The notes under the pieces are model-generated. The model saw nothing but the letters and a program-made list of their open reading frames with translations, was not told the origin of the DNA and did not search any database. Positions 55,325 through 64,000 of a stretch of 64,000 nt of DNA are shown one piece after another (position 1 is the first letter of the stretch; every line of letters begins with the position of its first letter). This DNA comes from Kofleriaceae bacterium (lineage in GTDB: Bacteria; Myxococcota_A; Polyangia; Haliangiales; Haliangiaceae): NCBI GenBank assembly GCA_046597055.1, contig JBKJLC010000016.1, positions 28,111 through 92,110 on the forward strand, read 5' to 3'. The translations under genes and the position numbers were made by a program.

Positions 55325-56520
55325 CCGGGCCCGGGCGCACGCGCGCCGGGGTCGGCGCGCTGGTGGTCCTGGCCGCGCTGGGTGGGGCGACCGGCCTGGC
55401 CCGGGCCGGCGACGAGCTGCCGGGCCGGGTGGTGTTCGCGCGCGACGCGTCGCTGTGGCTCACCGACGCCCGCGGCAAGACCAAGGCGGTCGAGCTGGCC
55501 ACCCTGCCCGGCCCGGCGTCCGAGGTGCGCGTGATCCGCTCCGATGCCGACGGCGACACGCTGCTGCTCGACCATGGCGGCCGCTGGTACACGGCGCCGG
55601 TGCCCAGTGCGGGCACCCTCACGACGCTCACGCGGTTGCCGTGCGGGCCCGGTCCCGCCCGGCTGTCGCCGACCGGCGTGCACGTGCTGTGCGGCGGCGC
55701 CGACGGCCAGGCGCAGCTGGTCCGCCTGCGCGACGGCAAGGTGTTCCCGCGCGACGCCGCGCTGCTCGGCGCCACCGTGGTCGAGCGGGCCGGCGAGCGC
55801 GAGCTGATCGCGATCGTCGACGGGGCCGCGGTCGCCGCGCCGCTGCGCGACCAACGCCAGCGCCGGGTAGTGGTCCCGACCGCGCCGGTGCGCGGCTTCC
55901 TGGCCTCGCCCGACGGCAGCCGCGGCGTCGGCGTGTACCGCGAGACGCCGCTCCATCCCAGGGGCGCGCCGCCGCGCGACGAGCTCATGGCGTTTCCCCT
56001 CGACGGCAGCGGCGCGCGCCGGCGGCTGATCCGCGACGGCGTGGTGCTCGACTGGTCGTGGAACGGCGCGTGGCTGCTGGTCCAGGACGGCGGCAAGGCC
56101 TGCATCGCGCGCGGCCTCGGCGGGCAGTTCAAGTGCTGGAAGGGCTTCACCGCGGTGTCGCTGTCGCCCGACGGCGCGTACGCGCTGGTGCTCGGCCCCC
56201 GGGCCGGGGCGGACGACGGGGAGGCCACCGCGGCCGCGCCGACGCCGAGCGACCAGGACGCCGGTGGCGCCTCCGAGAGTGGCCCTGAGGGCGGCCCCGA
56301 GGGCGGCCCCGAGGGCGGCCCCGAGGGCGGCCCCGAGGGCGGCGACGACGAGGTCGACGATCTCGCGGTGCCGCTGCCGAAGGGCCCGCTCAGCCTGTAT
56401 CGCGCCCGCCTCGGCGGCGCATACACCGAGGCGCCGACGCTGGTCGAGACCGTGATCGACGGCGCGGCGCTGTGGCTGCCCGACGCGCCGAGCGACGCGG
56501 CGACCGCCGCCAGCCCGTGA
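55321..56520 (+). CDS. Hypothetical exported protein, TolB/WD40-like propeller motifs
   Basis: GTGA overlap; signal peptide; LSPTG, ASPDG, WSWNG, LSPDG blades. Confidence 0.7.
56281..56340 (+). repeat. 12-bp coding tandem repeat x5 (GPEG)
   Basis: GGCCC[T/C]GAGGGC in five copies; only the first has a substitution. Confidence 0.95.
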
Positions 56521-57002
56521 CCGGGATCCGCCCGGCCCGCGCCGACGAGATCGACGAGATCTACGCGGTCCACCGGGCGTCGGTGACCGCGCAGTGCGCC
56601 GGTCACTACCCATCGCAACAGATCGCGCTGTGGCTCGAGGGCCGCACGCCGGCGATGTACCTGGCCGCGATCACGCGCGGCCAGCTGTGGGTCGCGACCG
56701 ACGCGGGCACCGAGCTGATCGCGGGCTTCGCCGAGATCGCGGGCGCCGAGCTCACCAAGCTGTTCGTCGCCGGCGACCATGCCGGCGGTGGGGTCGGCCG
56801 GGGCTTGCTGGCGACCGCGATCGCAGCGATCGCCGCCACCGGCTCGCCCGCGGTCGAGCTCGAGGCGACCCACAACGCCGTGCGGTTCTACCAGCGCCAC
56901 GGCTTCGTCGAGGTGGGCCCGGGCCAGCTCGCGCTCGGGGCCAGCGGCGTCGTGCTCGCGCTCGTGCGGATGCGGCGGGACCTGCGGTCGGCGCCGGCGT
57001 GA
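56517..57002 (+). CDS. GNAT family N-acetyltransferase
   Basis: IRPA, LFV....[23 protein letters not shown]. Confidence 0.88.
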   Translation: MTGIRPARADEIDEIYAVHRASVTAQCAGHYPSQQIALWLEGRTPAMYLAAITRGQLWVATDAGTELIAGFAEIAGAELTKLFVAGDHAGGGVGRGLLATAIAAIAATGSPAVELEATHNAVRFYQRHGFVEVGPGQLALGASGVVLALVRMRRDLRSAPA

Positions 57003-57883
57003 GTGGGGAGGCCTCGGTGGCCGCCGCCTCGGCGCGCCGCTGGCCCGCGTTCGCGATCCTCGCCGCGGCGCTCCTGTGGAGCCTGCTCGGGATCCTGGGC
57101 AAGTGGACGCTCGAGCTCGGCGTGGCGCCGCTCGAGATCGCGTTCTGGCGCGCGCTCGGCGCCGGCGCGCTGTTCGCCGCGCACGCGGCGGTGACCCGCG
57201 CCCGCCTGCCGCGGGGCCGCGACCTCGCCGGGACCGCGCTGTTCGGCCTCGCCGGCGTGAGCGTGTTCTACGGCGCGTACCAGCTCGCGATCGACGCGGG
57301 CGGCGCCAGCCTGGCCAGCGTGCTGCTGTACACCGCGCCGGCGTTCGTCGCGCTCGCCGCCGGCCCGCTGCTCCACGAGCGGCTCGGGGCCCGCGAGCGC
57401 GCGGGCGTGGTCGCGACCGTGGCCGGCGTCGGCCTGGTCTCGCTCGGCGGCGGTGCCGGCGTGCACGCGTCGGCGGCCGCGGTGGGCGCGGGCCTCACCG
57501 CCGGGGCGACCTACGCGCTGTACTACGTGTGGGGCAAGCGCGCGTTCGCCCGCCACGCGCCGGCGGCGCTCTACGCGATCGCGATGCCGGTCGGCGCGGT
57601 CGGCCTGGCGCCGTTCGTGTCGCTGGGCGCGCGTCCGGCCCAGGCCTGGGCCCTGCTCGCCGCGATGGCGGTGCTGTCGACTTACCTCGCGTATCTCGTC
57701 TACGCCGCCGGGCTGCGCCACCTGGCGGCGACCCGCGCCAGCGTGATCGCGTCGATCGAGCCGGTGGTCGCCGCGACCCTCGCCGCGCTCGTCTTCGGCG
57801 AGCGCCTCGCGCCGCTCGCCTACCTGGGCGCCGCGCTGGTGGTCGGGTCCGCGGTCGTCCTGGCGACGCGGGGCCGGACCTGA
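56999..57883 (+). CDS. EamA/DMT family transporter
   Basis: About 10 TMs; [26 protein letters not shown]. Confidence 0.9.
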   Translation: MSGEASVAAASARRWPAFAILAAALLWSLLGILGKWTLELGVAPLEIAFWRALGAGALFAAHAAVTRARLPRGRDLAGTALFGLAGVSVFYGAYQLAIDAGGASLASVLLYTAPAFVALAAGPLLHERLGARERAGVVATVAGVGLVSLGGGAGVHASAAAVGAGLTAGATYALYYVWGKRAFARHAPAALYAIAMPVGAVGLAPFVSLGARPAQAWALLAAMAVLSTYLAYLVYAAGLRHLAATRASVIASIEPVVAATLAALVFGERLAPLAYLGAALVVGSAVVLATRGRT

Positions 57884-57919
57884 CCGGCTACCGGCAGCGG
57901 TGCCGCGCCACGCGGCCCC

Positions 57920-58483
57920 TCACGACGGGTCGGTCATCGGCTGGTCGGACAGCACCTCGTCGACCTCGTCGCTGCTCACGCGCGAGTTGGTGCGCAGCCC
58001 TTCGACGAACAGGTCGCGCTCGACCGCCTGCTTGTCGAGGTACCCGGCGATGCAGCCCGGGTGCAGGTAGGCCGCGCCCTTGGTGACCATGGCGCCGACC
58101 TCGAGGTCGCGCTCGACCGCGACCCGCAGCGCGGTCTTCTCGATGGTCGCCTCGCACACGATGCAGTGCGCGCGGCCGCTCGGCGCGCGCTCGACGTAGG
58201 GGAACGTGCCGGGCTTGGTCTGCTTGCGGCCCTCGACGATCAGCGCGTCGAGCGCCGCGCGATCCGGGATCTCGCCATCGAAGATCTCGAGCGTCGACTG
58301 CAGCGCATCGGGCACCGCGCGCGCCGCGCACGCGAGGTGATGCCAGCGGACCGACGGCTCGCCGCCACCCCCGAACTGCCCCGGCGCCTCCTCGCCGAAC
58401 CGCAGCTCGCCCTTGGCGATCGCCTGCCGGCAGGTGCGGCAGCTCGCCCGACCTGACTTTGCTTCTTCGATCCTGTGCGCCAT
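57920..58483 (-). CDS. Protein with two PARP-type zinc fingers
   Basis: EEAKSGRASCRTC..IAKGELRFG..WHHLAC and ERAPSGRAHCIVC..IEKTALRV..YLHPGC; GGAGG RBS. Confidence 0.85.
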   Translation of the reverse strand: MAHRIEEAKSGRASCRTCRQAIAKGELRFGEEAPGQFGGGGEPSVRWHHLACAARAVPDALQSTLEIFDGEIPDRAALDALIVEGRKQTKPGTFPYVERAPSGRAHCIVCEATIEKTALRVAVERDLEVGAMVTKGAAYLHPGCIAGYLDKQAVERDLFVEGLRTNSRVSSDEVDEVLSDQPMTDPS

Positions 58484-58651
58484 GCGCGCACCCTACCTCC
58501 CGTGCGCCTCGGCTGGCACCGGCCCCGGCCCCGGCACCGCGGTCGAGACCGGCACCGGGGCGGGCGCTACCCGCGGCAGACCGCCGTCCACCAGCCGGCG
58601 CCGGCCGCGACTGAGGCAGCCCACTGCCGCGTGGGTTGCGGTGTGATCCCG

Positions 58652-58773
58652 ACCCGCGCAACGCGGTCGGCCGGCGATCACCGCCGAGGTTGGCGCGCCG
58701 TACCCGCGCAACGCGGTCGGCCGGCGGTCACCAGCCGAGGTTGCCACGCCGCGCCCCGCGGTCGGCCCGCCGA

Positions 58774-58798
<25 letters not shown>
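58652..58798. repeat. Three degenerate ~50-bp tandem units overlapping the chitinase stop codon
   Basis: Units start at 58652, 58702 and about 58751. The first two share 25 identical nt (ACCCGCGCAACGCGGTCGGCCGGCG); all contain CGCGGTCGGCC and GCCGAGGTTG. Confidence 0.85.
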
Positions 58799-60042
<1,244 letters not shown>

Positions 60043-60177
60043 GTCGCTTACGGAGACCGACGTCGCGGCGATCGGGTCACGCGAACAAAGTGCTTTGTGC
60101 TCAATCCTTTGCGGCCGCCGATCGGGTGGGGCAGTCCCCCCCACGCGGTCGCGCGAGCCGCATCCGCGGCGGGACCG

Positions 60178-62868
60178 TCAGCCGGGTGGGGCCGGCGCAA
60201 CCGCCCGCGGCAAGCGGACGACGAAGGTCGTGCCGCGGGCCGGGTCGGTCTCGACGTCGATGGTGCCGCCGTGGGCGGTCACGATCTCGCGCGTGATGTA
60301 GAGGCCCAGGCCGAGCCCGCCCGACTTGTCGACCCGGTTGCCGCCGACCAGCGCGTCGAACAGCCGCGGTACCAGCTGGTCGGGGATGGTCCCGGCGTTG
60401 TGGACCTCGGCCCGCAGCTGGTCAGGCGCGGTGCCATCGAGCCTGACGACGACGCCGTCGGTGGCGCTGCCGTGCTGGAGCGCGTTGGCGATGAGGTTCG
60501 AGAACACCTGGGCCAGCCGATCGCCGTCCCAGGTCCCGACGGTGTCGCCGGTGTGCTCGACCCGCAGCGTCCAGGCCGGGTTGGCGTCGTCGAGCTCGTC
60601 CATCACCTCGCGGACCAGCGGCTCGAGATCGAGCGGCCGCCGCAGCAGCGGCATGCCGGCGCCCAGCCGCAAACGGGTGAAGTCGAGCAGCTGGTTGATC
60701 ATCCGCCCCATCCGCTCGCTGCTCGCCACGATGCGGGTCAGCGGCCGCACCAGCCCCTCGTTGTCGTTGGTGAGCATGGCGCTCTGGGCCGCGGTCACGA
60801 TGCCGGTGAGCGGATTGCGCAGGTCGTGACCGAGGATGCCCGTGAACATCTCGTTGAAGCGGACGATCGCGCGGAGCTCCTCGACCAGGTCGAAGTGGCT
60901 GGTGCGCTCGGCGTCGAGCAGCCGGAGCCGCTCGAGCGCATGGGCGGCGTAGCCCGCAACCACCAGGAGGAACGTCCGCTCTTCCTGATCCGCGAGCGCC
61001 GACGGGTGGTCGAAGGCGCACGCGATCGCGCCCAGCGGCGTGCCCTGGAACACCACCGGCACGCACGCGAGCCGCGCGAACCCTTCGGTGGCCACCTCGT
61101 CGGCGAGCTGGGGATACCGGGCGCGCAGCTCGTCCCGCGAGTCGATCCAGATCGGCTCGCCGCGGCGGATGCAGTCGAGCACCGGCAAGCTCCCGGGCGT
61201 CACGAGCGCGATGGCCGCAAGGCGCCGGGTCACCTCGGCCGGGTCGCTGAAGCAGCGAGCCATGCGGAGGGCGTCGCCCTCGACCAGCCACAGGACCGCG
61301 CCGACCGCGCCGACCGCGGCCGCGACCTGGTCGACCACGACCCCGAAGACCTGCTCGCGGGTCATCGCATCCGCGATCGCTGCGGTGAAGCCGAGCACGC
61401 GCTGGGTCCGGCGCTGATTGGCGTCCCGGGCATCGTCGTGGCGCTTGCGCTCGCTGATGTCAGTGACGAGGCCGACCACCCCGACCACCCGGCCGTCAGC
61501 GTCGCGGCGCGGCAGGTAGGTCGCCTCGACGTGGCGATCGCCGGCCGGGAACGGCATGCACGCCTGGAACTGGACCGTGGCGCCGCCAAGCGCGGCCGCG
61601 AGGTGGGGCCGGACCAGCGCGTAGAGGCGATCGCCCAGGATCTCGCGCACCGGGTGGCCGAGGATCGCGGCCCCCGGCCGCCCGAACCAGTGATGGTAGG
61701 GGGCGTTGACGAACTGGTAGCGCTCGCTGGTGTCGATGCACGCGACCAGCACCGGCAGCGTGTCGGTGATGTCTTGCAGCCGCCGCTCGCTCGCCCGCAC
61801 CGCCTCGTCGGCCTGCTTGCGCGCGCTGATGTCGTGGATCGAGAACCGACCCTCGACGAAGCGCCCGCCCTCGTGATGGTAGCTGGCGCTGACCAGCACG
61901 TGCCTGAGCGAGCCGTCCCTGGCCAGCATCCGGGTCTCGTGACCGCGGACCGGCTCGCCCGCTGCCAGCCGCGCGAGCAGCTCGTCCACCACGTCCGGCT
62001 CGGCGTGGAACCGGGCAAGGGGCTGGCCCAGGTACTCGGACCGGTCGTAGCCGAGCAGCTCGAACACGGCGCGGTTGGCCCACTGCACGGTGCCGTCGGC
62101 GCCGACCCACTGGAGCCCGACGGTCGCGTTGTCGACGAAGTCGCGCATGCTGCGCTCGGAGCGGTCGAGCGCATGCTGGGTTCGCTGCAGATCGTTGACC
62201 GAGTCGCGCAGCGCACACTCGAGCAAGATGCGCTGCCGGATCTCGGTGGCGAGCCCGTCGGTGCCCGCGTGGCGGCTGCCCTCGGCGTGCTGGGGCGGAT
62301 GGACCCGATTGTGGCTGCTACAGGCGCGGTGCAGCCCGTGCGTCTCGTCGTGGAAGTTGGTCACGACGTAGGCGCACAGCAGCGTGAACGAATCCTCCTC
62401 GCGGAGGTCGTTCCACATCTCCTCGAGCAGGAGCGCCCCGGCGGGGTTGCCGCTCCGCCACAGCACGTCGGGCATCTCGCCGTACGCGCGTAGCCCGAGC
62501 GGTCGAGCGTCGGGACCTGACGACCGCGCGGCCTCCAGCACCGGCTCGATCGCCTGCTTGAAGCGATCCCAGTCGGGGGTGTCGCCGACCATGAACGTCG
62601 CCAGCGTGGCGCGGGCATCCAGCAGGCTGACCCGACCGCTCGCGATCGCACCGGCGAGGTCGAGGTCGCGGGGCTCGAGCCGCGCCACCAGCGAACGCCG
62701 ATGCTCTTCGGTCGCGATCACCACGGCGGCCTGACCGGCCGCCAGCCCGTTGGCCACGAAGTCTGCGAGGACGTCGACCAGGAAGTCGTCGGTATCGTAG
62801 AACTGGACGATGTGCTCGGCGCTTTGCGCGTCGTGCGCTTCGTGCGCTTCGGTGAGGGAGAGACTCAT
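60178..62868 (-). CDS. Cytoplasmic sensor histidine kinase (MEDS-PAS-PAS-GAF-HisKA-HATPase)
   Basis: HIVQFY..LRAYGEM..LEEMWN..LLCAY (MEDS); two PAS domains ending DISARK and DISERK; GHDLRNPL, NLIANALQHG, GLGLGLYI, GTTF; start codon uncertain. Confidence 0.9.
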   Translation of the reverse strand: MSLSLTEAHEAHDAQSAEHIVQFYDTDDFLVDVLADFVANGLAAGQAAVVIATEEHRRSLVARLEPRDLDLAGAIASGRVSLLDARATLATFMVGDTPDWDRFKQAIEPVLEAARSSGPDARPLGLRAYGEMPDVLWRSGNPAGALLLEEMWNDLREEDSFTLLCAYVVTNFHDETHGLHRACSSHNRVHPPQHAEGSRHAGTDGLATEIRQRILLECALRDSVNDLQRTQHALDRSERSMRDFVDNATVGLQWVGADGTVQWANRAVFELLGYDRSEYLGQPLARFHAEPDVVDELLARLAAGEPVRGHETRMLARDGSLRHVLVSASYHHEGGRFVEGRFSIHDISARKQADEAVRASERRLQDITDTLPVLVACIDTSERYQFVNAPYHHWFGRPGAAILGHPVREILGDRLYALVRPHLAAALGGATVQFQACMPFPAGDRHVEATYLPRRDADGRVVGVVGLVTDISERKRHDDARDANQRRTQRVLGFTAAIADAMTREQVFGVVVDQVAAAVGAVGAVLWLVEGDALRMARCFSDPAEVTRRLAAIALVTPGSLPVLDCIRRGEPIWIDSRDELRARYPQLADEVATEGFARLACVPVVFQGTPLGAIACAFDHPSALADQEERTFLLVVAGYAAHALERLRLLDAERTSHFDLVEELRAIVRFNEMFTGILGHDLRNPLTGIVTAAQSAMLTNDNEGLVRPLTRIVASSERMGRMINQLLDFTRLRLGAGMPLLRRPLDLEPLVREVMDELDDANPAWTLRVEHTGDTVGTWDGDRLAQVFSNLIANALQHGSATDGVVVRLDGTAPDQLRAEVHNAGTIPDQLVPRLFDALVGGNRVDKSGGLGLGLYITREIVTAHGGTIDVETDPARGTTFVVRLPRAVAPAPPG

Positions 62869-63428
62869 GACGTCCGGTGGCTGCGCAGGGCTCGACCTGG
62901 CGGGCGCATCCGTTCGCAGCTCGTCGACATCACCGCCCGCCAGGACCCGCCGCCGCCTGTCACTGACTTTGCATTGCCCGATCCGGCCCGCAACCAGCCA
63001 CGGCCGAAAATCGCCCTCGCGCGACGCGGTCGTGCCGGATTCTCGTGCGCCCGCGAGCGCGAGCCAGCGCGCCCCCGCCGCGTGGGTCTCCCGCCACGGG
63101 TGAGTCGATCGCGGTGGAATCGTTCGGCGCGCGGGTTCCCCTGGCAATCGACCGGTGGGCCCCCACACATGCGGCCAGCGGCCCGGCACGCGCGCCTCGG
63201 AGGAATGTCGAGCCGCGGGTCGGACTGCGCGTCGAACGCACGGGCGTCGGCGCGCGCGTCTGCCATGGTGGGTCCGCGACCGCCGCAGGTCGCCGGGTGT
63301 ACGAGATGACTCTCGAATGCGCCGCCGGGGTGAGCGAACCCCGACGAGCCCTCGTCGAGCGCCGTAACCCCGATCCACGAGACCACGTCCAACCACACGT
63401 CACGCCAACCTCGACCAGGAGCCACCAC

Positions 63429-63947
63429 ATGGGCACCACACAGCCAGCCACGCCGACCGACGATGCCGAGCATCGTCGCCGACTTCGCGAGATCCTTGAC
63501 GACGCCGGCACCGTCATGATGCTCACGCACGCCACCGATAGGACCCTGCACGGGCGGCCGATGGCGATCGCGCGGATCGACGACGAGGGCACGATGTACT
63601 TCGCGACCGGGATCGACACCCCGAAGATCGCGGAGCTTCACGCCGACCCTCGCGTCGACATCGTCTTCCAGGGCAAGGCTCGCTACGCGATGGCGTCCGG
63701 TCGCGCCCGCGTCTCGCGCGAGCGCGCGCTGATCGACGAGCTGTGGCAGGAGTCGTGGAAGGTCTGGTTCCCCGAGGGCAAGGCCGATCCCGAGATCGCG
63801 ATCGTCGTGCTCGACCCCGAGCGCGGTGAGTACTGGGATCACTCCGGCCTGAAGGGACTGTCGTTCCTGTTCCGCACCGCCAAGGCGTACGTCACCGGCT
63901 CGGAGGTCGAGCCCACGAAGGACGACCACGCCAAGATCCGGATGTGA
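63429..63947 (+). CDS. Pyridoxamine 5'-phosphate oxidase-like / general stress protein 26
   Basis: AGGAG RBS; MMLT..LHGRPM, YFAT, ELW..WFPEGKADP, GEYWD. Confidence 0.88.
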   Translation: MGTTQPATPTDDAEHRRRLREILDDAGTVMMLTHATDRTLHGRPMAIARIDDEGTMYFATGIDTPKIAELHADPRVDIVFQGKARYAMASGRARVSRERALIDELWQESWKVWFPEGKADPEIAIVVLDPERGEYWDHSGLKGLSFLFRTAKAYVTGSEVEPTKDDHAKIRM

Positions 63948-64000
63948 TCGCGCGCGACCGTCACGCCCGCGCCGCCGCACCGCTGGAACCGCTCACTAAC

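Overview
Very GC-rich bacterial chromosome segment. Gene content (an AglR/Q/S-type motor triad, an MJ0042 zinc-ribbon/GYF membrane protein, PilH/PilI-like ABC genes, many lipoproteins) points to Myxococcota; this is an inference. Bases 1-19549 are one co-oriented, largely translationally coupled cobalamin (B12) biosynthesis and salvage cluster. It has no cbiJ/cobK in the window, but carries a CbiX-ferredoxin fusion, an FNR-like reductase, two unknown genes and two unusual fusions (P-loop kinase-CobA-HemD; degenerate BluB-CobO). Next come tRNA-Pro and tRNA-Arg with an orphan FGE/CLec gene remnant, a rhomboid protease, a LysR/EamA pair, yciH, tRNA-His, a HEAT lipoprotein plus aglRQS-like operon, ALDH, a serine protease, HAD, RNase D, SppA, a ZnR-GYF-TPR protein and a PilZ protein. 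A DnaA-box-like cluster lies at about 42.6 kb. Further on are an eCIS (Afp15/Pvc15)-type AAA ATPase coupled to an ABC transporter and facing a signal-less repeat/PG-binding protein, a DUF4159-vWA/GATase operon, a tandem PARP-type zinc-finger protein, a GH19 chitinase and a MEDS-PAS-GAF histidine kinase. No CRISPR array, transposase, integrase or reverse transcriptase was seen. All family calls come from motif recognition by eye; no searches were run.
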